The notes beneath the pieces were generated by a model, which was given only the letters and a program-made list of their open reading frames with translations, was not told the origin of the DNA and searched no databases. The translations under genes were made by a program, and so were the position numbers. A stretch of DNA of 64,000 nt from Octopus bimaculoides (lineage: Eukaryota). The DNA lies in contig NC_068982.1 of assembly GCF_001194135.2 (NCBI RefSeq), forward strand, positions 162,136,267 to 162,200,266, read 5' to 3'. Positions 39,030 to 50,885 of this stretch are shown one piece after another (the first letter of the stretch is position 1; every line of letters begins with the position of its first letter).

Positions 39030-39460
39030 AATGAGACTGAACTATATTGATTGATACCTATTATTGGCAGCTAGGTGAACAGATTCAAGGACTGTGGTCA
39101 AGACTGAATCACATTGATTTAATGCCCGTGACATTATAAAGTAGGAAACACAGCACCATTTGCTTGTTACATATCTTTGTAATTAGCAAAAACAATAATT
39201 AATAAATAGGTGACTGCATAGAGGCTTTGTGTGACTGATTGTTACTGGAGTGATTGATAGACTGTGGCCAGAGACTGAATCAATTTATCTGGTATCTATC
39301 ACTGTCAGCTAAGTAGATTGATTAGTGGACTGTGGTCTGAGGTTGAACTATATTGATGTAACACGTTCATCTGACAAGTAGCTGAACTGATCAGTGGATT
39401 GTAGCTCTAAGCTGAACCATATTGATGTAGTACCTGTTATTGACAATTAGGTGAGCTAAG
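39030..39460. repeat. Degenerate ~68-70-bp tandem repeat
   Basis: Recurring gactgaac.atattgat...aggtgaac.gat...ggactgtgg.c units. Confidence 0.6.
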
Positions 39461-40719
39461 ACAGCATATAATAAAGTATCTGTTCAGAAATATGCCAAAA
39501 CATCAGCACCACATATGAACTCCAGGCTTCCAACAAATAATCCACTTCTGTAACCAAATGGCTATTTCCACTAAACTTTAACTGTATACCCTAGTAAATA
39601 TTTGCATAGAGTGGATTTGAAGAAAAGATTATATTTCATTCAGACTGGCTAAAGTAATAATACAATAATTTTCTATGAATCATTATTGATAGCAATGATT
39701 GGGCAGATAAAATATTGAACTACCTACTGATGCTCTATTGTTTCGAAACAGAACACTTCCTTTAGTCCACCCTAACTGTTTGTAGGGATAGCAATCAGGT
39801 TAGCTGTGATAGTTTGACACTTTAGCCAGAGGGAAAAGTATCTCATCTATTTTACACTATGAAGCTAGTGTGGGGGACATTACATTCATATATGTCAAAC
39901 AGTTGTTGTCAGGTTGTTGGGCAGAGCTGGCTATCAACCAACATTTAGTCTTCGTTTGCTCAGCAAGTTTTCCTTTGTTTGGTGGACATTACAGTAAATT
40001 GTGAAAACAGATGCTTTCCTCTTCAGCTAATTATTGTTTTTAAATTGCACTCAGAGTGGAAAGTGCTACCCTGTAGTAAATTTCTTGAAAGATAGGTGAG
40101 AACGGCAAACGCAGGCCAAGAAATACATCTAAGAAAAAGCATTTTCCCTTTGTAGTCAAAGTAATCTTGGATTTGTGGAAGTCTTTGATTGATTCTAAGT
40201 GGCTGTCTTCCTAATGGGACATTGCTATATTTTGTATACTGTGTATACCACCACTTCATTTCATATAGTTCCATTATAAATCCAACTAATTTTATAACCC
40301 ATCCCCTGTACTGTCCCCTTATACTGTTACTTTTAGCTCAATCATAAAGAAATTCCTTTTTACAGGGGGTAGATTATCAGAATCAGTAGAGCAGTATTTA
40401 GTTTGATTTATTTACATTTTGAATTCAAACCATACCAAAGTCACTTTTGCCTTTTAACTTTCAGAATCATTAAAATATTTATCAGTCAAGTATTAAGCTT
40501 GATATAATCAACTATAGCCTTCCTTGAAATGTATAACCTTGTGCCTTCGATTTTGTCTTTCATCCTTCAGGAGTCAATAAAATAAAGTATCAGTCAAGTA
40601 CTGAGCTCACTTTAAACACTAACCCCTCCTCTCACATTTCTGACCTTGTGCTTATGTTAGAGATGATTGTTATGTTATTTACAGTAATGATTTATTCAAA
40701 TTATTTTATGTATTTCCAG

Positions 40720-40897
40720 GTTAATAAAATGTCTATGAATGAAAATGCAGAAGGAGATGATTTAAAATTTATACTTATCGATAGAACACCTGATAGTAAT
40801 ATGAAATATATTATTCAAGCACCTACAGAAGAAATCAGAGATGAGTGGATTGCTCAAATCCGTTCTATATTAGATATGCAGGGCGATTTCCTACGAG
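40720..40897 (+). CDS. trio: Trio PH2 C-terminal exon, VNKMSMNENAEGDDLKF...RDEWIAQIRSILDMQGDFLR
   Basis: AG/GTATGT sites, phase 0-1, PH terminal helix with the conserved Trp. Confidence 0.96.
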
Positions 40898-43069
40898 GTA
40901 TGTATCATACAATTTGCTGATTTACAACTTCCAGACTTGTATTTATCCCCCACAATAATCTAGCATCCCATAGATATTGGTTACTTCCTGTAAGCATATC
41001 AAATTTATGCAGATAGATAAATGAACACAGGAGATAATATATGTATCATCCACATTGTGCTTTCTGTTATATATATTTTTTTATTCTGTTACCTAATTTC
41101 TTTACAAGTTGTAAAGAAATTAATTAACATTCAAGATTAAGTTAGTAAATTCTATATTTGAAGATTCGATGGATCTATTCATTTAAAAAATCTTTTTAGC
41201 AGTAAAAAGCCATTAACTCTGAAGACTGCTCTCTATTGTTTGTAAAAGATTCAAATTTTGAATTATTCAAATTATTTTAATTTCCTACATCATATACATT
41301 ATAGCAAACATTGTGTATGTATGTGTGTGTGCTTCTTCCAAGTTCATTGAAATATGGTTGGCATTATCAAATATTTTCTGATGATTATTTGGACTGCAAT
41401 TGGTGATATTCATATCTTATGTGTACATAAGCCATATTTTTTTTTTTATTATTATTTTTATATCCTTCATAATATCAAAATTATTGAAGTACATAGCTGG
41501 GTCAGTTTATTTTTTATAGACTCTCTTTCTTCAGAACAAGTCATGGTCTCTCACTCTGGTGCCAACATCAAACTCACACCATCCGGCTGACCGTTCAAAT
41601 AACTAATCTGGGTAATAAAAGCACAGCCCAATGTCCACATGTGAACATTTGTCACACACCTTCCCTATTTTGATATCAGAACAAGCACCTTTTATTTTGT
41701 GGATATTGCACAATTTTATTTGAAACCAAATTGTATTGTTTGACTCTAGTTAGAGGTCATAAATATTTGTGTCCAGTCTTGTATGATGAAGTCAAGTGTT
41801 ACAAAGGTTGCAATAATTGTCTTATTTTGCACACGTATTGTATGTTTCTGTACCTCTATTAGAGAATGGAATTTCCAGGAGTTTTCCCTTTTGTTGGATT
41901 TTTTTTTATTGTGTTCTGTTTTTTTTTATGTTCTAAATAGATTTAAGTTGCTAAGTACTGAACAAAATAGAGATTTTGAAACCCCAAATAGATGTGCCTT
42001 GCTTTATTTTGACTTCATACTATTGCTGTATTTTACTGAGGAAGTTAATTATATTTGGCTCATTTGAACAAGTCTCTTTTTGTAATTTTTTATTTTTTTA
42101 TTTTCCTACCTTTAAAATGTCTTATACTGTGAAAAAAAATTTAAAAGAACTTTGCTGAGAGTCTTCAGCAAATTTGATTCTTGGTTGTTGCCATTTCCCT
42201 TCAATATATTAATTATAATATTGGGAAAGGCATGAATATTTCATCCCTTATAACTGTAAGGCCTTGTGTCAATGTAAGAATTTTGAAGTCTTTCTGAAAA
42301 TTGCTATTGGAAAAAACAATAGACTTACTTTATGTTTAAGAATGACATGACAACTACTGTTTTCTTGATATTGTTCGCTTGTTTACTTAACATTGTTCAC
42401 TCTTATTTATGTAGCTTTGTTCACTTTTGTTCATTGACACAGACGATGTAATCGTGTCATAGTTTTATTTTCAACTAATCTCTAGTATTTCCATTAATCA
42501 GTAAAGAGTAGTGTTGGTTAGTGTCCTTCATTTTATTTTTCCTTATTAGTTTTAGGCCGATGTAACTATTGTATGAGTTATATATTGTCTCTGTATAAGA
42601 ATATATTTCTAGACATGCTCTAAAACAATTTTGGAGTTCTAATTCCCAGTGAAAGAGAAAACATGACTTCAATCTAGGGATGGTTAGCCTCTAGAAAAAA
42701 AGCTTGGACTAACAGCACAAAGCTCTCATGAGGTCCAGCTGGGTTGAAATCCCAATACACCTGTTGTTGCACACATAAGTTCTTTCTCTGGAAATTATAA
42801 TGCCAAAATTATTTTTAAATAAATCTACAAATAATTTCTTTTATGAGATTTTGTTTAGTTTTTGTCATAAATATTAAAGAGGCATTTAAATATAATGATA
42901 TCCTACTAGATCTATCGATAATTATTTTGTTGTTACCATGAGGCTATGATAATTACTTAAATAAACTGGTCACCTTTTTCTGTCCATATTAGCTTGATTA
43001 TATCATGTATAATCTTTGATTAGCTTTTTTTTGTGTGTATGTCTACATATCTATTATCATGATCATCAC

Positions 43070-44930
43070 TTCTACTTTTCCTCACTTGCAAGGGTTAGAT
43101 GGGTCTTCTATAACACAGTATTGCACACTTTGTTGTGGTCCTTTGTCATCTCATTTGTGAGGTTCACCTTTCACCACACTTCCCTATGTCTTTCTCATCC
43201 TTCCTCTTCCATGAGATTCTTCCATTTAAATTGCTTGGTATTTCTTTACCCAACTGTTACCCTCCATATACATCACATACCTGCACCAGCACATTTTCCT
43301 TTCTTGCACATGACATCTTATTCCTCACATGCCCAAAGTTTCTCTTAGTTCATTTGTACTCTGTTGTTCTTGCACACTAATATTTATACATCCAGTGAAG
43401 CATGCTTGCTTCATTTCTTTCCAGCATTTGCACATTCTCTGCATTCAGTACACATTTCACTTCCATTTGACATTGCACATCAATCATGAGTATCAAACGA
43501 ACTACCTGTCACTAAGTGAATCCCTTTGTTGCCAGCTGAAGCAATATTTCTTTGAATTTTTTCTACTCTCTTCTTACTCTGGCTACTATGTTTTGGAACA
43601 CCCCGCTCCACTGCTAATTAGGTTACCTAGGTAACAAAAACAATCAGCAACTTCCAGAGTGTGTTCTAAGCATTTGAAGGAGTTCATTTCATGGTTGTTC
43701 TTACAACTAACTACTCTTATGCATCTGCTTCATATGAAATATTTCTCCTCTACCAATCTACCTGTGATCTCACTGCATCTCTTGCACATCTATAATATAC
43801 ATTTAGTAAAGGAGTGCCTATCTACCTTTTCTGCTAACTAAAAATTTGTCTTTGCTCTGTTTACTTTGAGACCTCTTTGTAATAGGTTTGATTTCCACAG
43901 TTAGAATTTCTTCTTTAATTCATTGACAGAATCATCTTTAGGTCACCAGTAGACAGGACTTCCTACAAACAACAGATTTTACATTCTTCCTTTATAGTTT
44001 TAAGAATTATAATAAATAGGAAGCTGCTGCAAACTGAGCCTTGATAGATAGGTACATCATCAGCAGCAGCATTTAACATCCATTTTCCATGCTGGCATGG
44101 GTTGGATGGTTTGACAGGAGCTGGCAAACCAGAAGACTGCACCAGGCTTTACTGTCTATTTTAGCATGGTTTTTATAGCATGATGCCCTTCCTATCACCA
44201 ACCACCTTACAGAGTGAACTGAGTGTTTTTTACATGACACCAGCACCGGAAAGGTCTGTTTTGGTATGGTTTTTACAGCTGGATGCTTTTTATATGGCAC
44301 CTACACACTAAATTTCTCCCTGATCTCAATGCTGACTGTCACCTTATTCACAATATGTGGCTTGCATGGTACTCATAAGCCATTCATCTAAAGCTAGTTT
44401 TTCTTTTGGTTTTATTTTTTTGCAACTATTAGACTACAGACTGTGGTATCCTGTTAAGGGGTTTCTCTAAGCCTACAAATGCTAGCTAATGTGGCTTATT
44501 CTTAACTGAAAAAAATTCCTGTGGTGGCCTTGTGTTGAAGATGGCATTGATTAAGTTAATACTCTTCCTAATTAATTATGTTATAACTCTTTCTCTTACT
44601 GTTGCAATGTAGTCCATCAGTTTGATGCTTCTGCGCTTTCTTTCTAGAGCATCTCCAGTGCCTTTCTAGCAGTTGATGTTGATGCTACTATGCCAGTCAT
44701 TGAGTATGATACCTCCCTCTATTACCTCATTGGCTATGTGAATGATTAGTGTATTTCTTACTCAGCTGAATATTTTAGCATCTCAGTAGCTATCATTGAT
44801 GGTCCTGCTGTTTTTCCTGCCTTCATATGCTTAATTATTCTTTTGACTGTATAGTTATCAACATCAATAGCTGGTCCCTCAGAAGGTCTTACTTGGCTCC
44901 AGTTATTTTCAAAAAATATTGCTGATCTTT
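43070..44930 (-). mobile_element. RTE-clade LINE relic interrupted by a SINE at about 44060-44300
   Basis: Fragments MKAGKTAGPS.I..EMLK, GLKVN..KT, LERNEASML.W and GRGR.RKT in RTE order. Confidence 0.8.
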
Positions 44931-45113
44931 TGGTTTAAGTCTCAAGTAAACTTGTTTCAAATTCATATCAACTGGATACAGCTCAAATTAAGTACTTTCT
45001 GGCAATATCATTAACATTGTTCTTACTAATTCAACAGTGTTTGTCTTGTTTTGTTTCTGTTGTGTTTGTAATAAGAAAAAATCATTAAATTCTTGTTGTT
45101 ATTGTTGTTACAG

Positions 45114-45163
45114 CTCTTCAATCACCAATTGCCTATCAGAAAGAACGGACAAAAGAGCTGTAA
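45114..45163 (+). CDS. trio: Trio exon (A)LQSPIAYQKERTKEL; spliced at 45159/45160, or read through to TAA at 45161-45163
   Basis: cAG ending at 45113, phase 1 matches the previous exon. ALQSPIAYQ matches ALxSPIEYQ of Trio/p63RhoGEF. GAG CT|GTAAGT also reads GAG CTG TAA. Confidence 0.93.
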
Positions 45164-45376
45164 GTACTTTGCCTTTCCGGATGTGTAACACAGTTCATAC
45201 AGTAGCCATACCTCACCAGACTGTAGCTATCTCTTGGATTACAGGCCAATTTATCTACTTTGCCTATAATTTTGGATAGACCAGGCTACAGTTGTTATTC
45301 TTCCTTTAAAAACGAAAGAAAGAAAGAAATAACAAAAAGAAACTTGATTAAAAAAACACATGCACACACACACATA

Positions 45377-45411
<35 letters not shown>

Positions 45412-46718
45412 GGGCACACACACACACACATGCACACATATTTACACATACACAAAGCAAAGAAAACCATCAGGATTTCATCAACTTCACATAGTTTTAA
45501 TCCTGAATGACTAACTTTAGTCTCAACTGGCACGAACTACATATGTGCATTGTCCAAAGTCAGTTGGGTTATGGAGTTAATACTGCAGCAGTTTAACTAC
45601 TTCCCTCCAGTAAGTTCTCTTGGAGTTGGTCACACTGATGACTTTTGGTAGTTGTTCTGTTATCTCTTCTGTTTTGTTTATGTTGACACTTCACTGCTAC
45701 TACTGATGATGATGACAACGGCAACAGCAATGATGGTGGTGTCCAAGGCAATATTACTACATCCAGGATTGGCTTTAGTTCTACCTGCCTCTTACTCAAA
45801 TCAAACTACAGAAAAATATTATTATAAGAAAAATCATTGTTTCTTGGAAAATTTTCAAGAAAATATTAAAATTTAGTTGCAAAATATCATTGAAACTAAA
45901 TTAACATTGCTCTGGAATCTTCTATTTGTTTGAATTATATAAAAAAAAAAAACAACAACAAAAACAGATGAATTTCCTTTGAAAATTTGCTCAATTAGAG
46001 CTGGTTCTCTTCATCTTTAAATTTTATTTTTCCATTAATTTGTTTTTTTTTCTTTTTTGGCAACTATTTTTTTTTTATCTATTTAAATTTATTTTTAAAA
46101 AGAAAAGTTAGTAATTTTTTTTTTTCTGTTCTTGATCATCTCTTTTAAAAATCAAAAGCTCAAAACTTGTATATTTATTTCATTTACATCTGTCTAATGT
46201 TAATCTATTCATTTCAGCTACTATTATTTCAGTGAAATCTAGTCATCTAATAAAACAAACATTCATTTTAACTAAGACTTTTGTTAACTCGTATTCCTGA
46301 ATGTTTTAATAGTAACAGCATTCTTTTTTAATCTTCTATATGCAGTTTTTTTTTTATTTTATTATTTTTTTTTTTATTTTCTTCTTNNNNNNNNNNNNNN
46401 NNNNNNNNNNNNNNNNNNNNNNNNNNNNNNNNNNNNNNNNNNNNNNNNNNNNNNNNNNNNNNNNNNNNNNNNNNNNNNNNNNNNNNNNNNNNNNNNNNNN
46501 NNNNNNNNNNNNNNNNNNNNNNNNNNNNNNNNNNNNNNNNNNNNNNNNNNNNNNNNNNNNNNNNNNNNNNNNNNNNNNNNNNNNNNNNNNNNNNNNNNNN
46601 NNNNNNNNNNNNNNNNNNNNNNNNNNNNNNNNNNNNNNNNNNNNNNNNNNNNNNNNNNNNNNNNNNNNNNNNNNNNNNNNNNNNNNNNNNNNNNNNNNNN
46701 NNNNNNNNNNNNNNNNNN

Positions 46719-46773
<55 letters not shown>

Positions 46774-46774
46774 A

Positions 46775-46805
<31 letters not shown>

Positions 46806-49160
46806 ATATATATATGTACACACACAAGTATATATATATATTACTATTTATGAAATGTTTCTCTTCAATGTTTGTAAACTATTTCACTGTGTAACTTTTG
46901 ATTTTTCTGTACAATCCCTTGGTAATAGTTAATATTCTCTATCCTTCCCTCCCTCTCTCTCTCTATCTCAGGCACACACACACTCACACATAGCAATAAT
47001 TGTAATTTTTTTTTATGGTGTTATCCTCAGAAACCTAAACACCAAAGATGCCATGAGATATTAGGTCTTCTAGTGATTCTATTTCTAGATTTTAGGTTGC
47101 ATCTGCTGGAAGAATCTATTGATGCACACTTTATCATATGCATTGCTTTGTTCTCGCAACCTCGGAATGTGTTAGTACAATGCTGTGTCTACAGAAATGT
47201 CAACGTGTACATTTAGTATTACTACAGTTGTTTGTTTAGCAGTTAGACATTTAGTGATTTGTCTAAAGTGGTCTATGTGGAGTGGGAGTGGGGAAGGACA
47301 TCTTTTGTTTCTTGTTTTCTTTTTAATATCTTCGTTTTTTTAGAAATAAGTTACTACACACACACATACACACAGCATTATAGCATACAGTAAGAGAGTA
47401 GTAGCAACAGATATATTTTCTCATTATCCTCTTAGCTAGATCTTTTTAACATTCCTGAATCAAAGCTAGATGACCTGACATATTTTGATTGCGGAAATAA
47501 ATATCTTTCTCGTAAAAGATACTTCTTGTACTTTGGTATGTTGCAACAACAACAACAACAAACAGCAATAATAATAATAATAGCATGTTTACAACCCAGT
47601 TGTAAAATAATTATTTCCAGTGTGTGTATTTTATATATACACACACACACACACACGCACATATAGAGAGAGATACATATAGATATACACACACACATAC
47701 TGTTTTATATTTTTAAGAAATGGTTATTTCTTTGTTTCATTTCACTAGGTGAAATGGAAGTCGGTAGAACCCCTGTCTTCATTATACTATCAATAGATGT
47801 TTTAGTTATTGCAGTTATATATCTTTTAGATGTTAAATGTATCGTTCTGAGTGACTAATTAATGTGACATATATTAGGGATGAACAACTGTAATGATGAT
47901 GATGTTGATGATGATCATGATGGTATTGATTTCGACTGCATACTTCAATTTTTATAATATGCAAACATTTCCAGATGAAGAAAACTGTGTTCTTCTAATT
48001 AAAAAGTAAATGAAACATTAAAGGAGAGAACCTAGTGAATTAGGGAGAGCAGTGACAGCATGCCCAGTTTAGGGTGAGCAATTTGGTCACTTCCGGTGCT
48101 GGAATGTCTGAATTCTTTTTTTTTTTTTTTTTTTTCATTTTTTTTTTTTATCAACTTTGTTTCGCAACCTCTTTGAAAGTAGTCTTTTGATACCCCTCCC
48201 CTCCATATGTTTGTGTTTCCAGAAAGTTCCAGCTGAATATCAGAAACTAGCAATGGTTTAGTTCACCAATCACCCACACCAACAAAATATCAAAATTTAC
48301 AGCATATAACTATAATTTCATTCTCCTAGGGGCTGCGCTAATTTTCCATATTAGTTTAGACCTAGCTTTTGTTGACGACTATTTTCTGTAGGTATTATGG
48401 GGTTCGATTTTGTTTTGTTATTTCTTTTGTTTGTTTTGTATGTTAGGTCTATCTTTGTTTATTTTATGTTCTCAATGTATATGGCTTTTATGTTTTTAGT
48501 TTCAGCATTTGTCTTTTACTCACTGTTTGTAGTTTCATTATGTATTTTTTCTTTTTTTTTTTTAAGTATTCTATTTTTGTGTCTGATTATATATATATAT
48601 ATATATATATATATCAAAGATGTATTTTCCTTAAATTAGTCTTTTGGGATCAAAGTTACTTTTAGAGCAAGTTTATTTTTCTCCAGATATTATATATGTA
48701 TGTTATGGTAGTCTTGACTTTGAAATAGTGTACAGCTGTGAAATATGTATGTGGTATGGAAATATATACCTCTTATGTCCATTTATGCTATTTCTGTTTT
48801 ATTTGGGGATTTGAGGAGTAAAGTCTGGCCTTTATTTAGATTGTCATTTTTATTGGGTACAGGCTTATTTGTTTCTGGATTGCAGAATTTTGCACAATCT
48901 ATTTTTTTGTACTTTTTATGCATCAAATTCAAAGTACGCATTCTCCCTTTAACATTGGGTTGAATGATACGGGTTTTCATTTATATTGATTGTGATGGGT
49001 TTTTCTTTTTTTTCTGTTTTGGGCTGAATCTGTCAAGTGGTTATTTGACTTGTTCTTCGTTAATGTGTTTACATGTGGTGACTGATCAACACTTAGTGTG
49101 AACAATTGCAAATATTACTTATATTACACAAAGAGCAATAAAATTAAAATAAGTTTACCT
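45164..49160 (+). other. Putative long 3'UTR of a Trio isoform ending after PH2
   Basis: Follows the in-frame TAA. U-rich, no SINE copies recognised, AATAAA at 49137-49142 followed by a GT/T-rich downstream tract. Confidence 0.45.
49137..49142 (+). terminator. Candidate polyadenylation signal AATAAA
   Basis: Followed at about 49188-49215 by gttgtttttgattttctttgttgt. SINE-rich sequence resumes shortly after. Confidence 0.35.
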
Positions 49161-49879
49161 ATACAGGTACCCTTCAACATTTCGTCAGTTGTTTTTGATT
49201 TTCTTTGTTGTATTTCATCAATGTTAAATGATGTTTTCGGAGCAGTGAAATAACAATGTCTGTCGTTATTCAATTCAATCCTACTTGCCTGTTATTCAGC
49301 TCAGTGCTACCTGTCTGTTCAACAGGTGAGTGACACAAGCCAACAAGGGAACCTCTACAAGGTTGCTTAGCTTCTAGAAGTAATAGCCTAAGTTCCTCAC
49401 ATCACACCTTACCATCTTAAACCACATGATACATTAAACAATGTAGTCCTAGATAAACAAAAAGATAGAATTGCCAAAGCTGGAGTGTCTTTAACCTGGG
49501 GCTAAACAACATTAACAGGTGAGTGACAATGTGTCTATACAAATATAAAGGAAAGGAAAATAAACTGTTCTTCATTTGCTATAGAGTCACTTAAAAATTA
49601 AAGATATTGCTAATTAGAGACAATACAGAAAACATGAGAAGTTACTCTGTTTCATTCTTGTATAATAATTAGTTCACTTTCGTCTTCTGAATGGATAACA
49701 TATGGGTTGTTAGTTTCAGAAACATAACAGGATATGGGACAGCAGAAGGAATTTTCAGCAGACATTAGTAATTTGATGGCCAGGATAAATTATTTAACAC
49801 ACTGGATAATAGTTGTAGCTTTCGTGATATTTGCAGCCAGAGCAGCTCAAGATCTTGTAACCAAGACCTTTCCCATTAT

Positions 49880-50885
49880 TATTATTGGGAGCAGTAGGTT
49901 AGCAGAATCATTTGAACATCATATACTTGGACAGAGGTAATTGGTTTTCCCCAAATTTATAACCTTGATGTTAGGAACAGTTGTTATTATTAGATCAAAT
50001 TCCACCAGGTCCAACTTTGTCTTTCATCTCTGAGCTTGATTTAATTGACTAACCCACTTCCTAAAATTACTGACCTGATGCAATGAATTGCTAGGATTGT
50101 TAGTATCAGGCAAAATGCCTTGCTGTAGTTCTTCCTGCTCTTTGCATTGTGAGTTTAAATTCTTCTTGGGTCAGTTTTGCCTTTCATCCTTTTGGAGTTG
50201 CAATGGTATTAATTAACTAACCTCCTTTGCATATACATACGCATGTATACATGTATTTAGGCACAAAGCCAGGAATTTTGAGGGGTCTTTCCTCAAAATT
50301 CCTAGCCTTAAATCAGAAACAATTATCAAGGCAGTGGATTGCCAGAATCATAAGAGTGTTGCATTGCTCTATATTCTGAGTTCATCTCCTTTTCACTCCA
50401 GATAAAATAAATTATCTGTCAAGTACTTGAGTCAATGGTATCAACTGACCCCTCCCCCAGATTTGCTGACCTTGTGCCTAAATCAGAAACCATTATTACT
50501 TCAGCTTTACATTCTAAGTTCAAATGTTGCCAAAGAGTTCAAATTCTGCCAAGGTCAGTTTTGCCTTTCATCCTTTCGGCATCAATAAAATAAATACCAG
50601 TTGAGTCCCCTCCCCCAAATTTCAGGCTTTGTGCCTATAGTAGAAAGGATTATTATTATTATTTTTTAAGTAGTGAGCCTGCAGGATCATTAGCATGTTG
50701 GACTAAATACATAGCAGCATTTCTTTCGGCATTATGTTCTGAGTTCAAATTCTGCTGAGGCCAACTTTGCTTTTCATCTTTTTGGGGTTGATAAAGTAAG
50801 TACCAGTCAACCGCTAGGGTTGATGTAATTTACTATCCTCCTCCCTCCCAATTTCAGGCCTTGTACCTATAGTAGAAAGGATTAT
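49880..50885 (+). repeat. Head-to-tail cluster of at least 5 family-B SINE pieces
   Basis: Repeated gagttcaaattc...ctttcatcctt...gccttgtgcct blocks in the same orientation. Confidence 0.75.
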
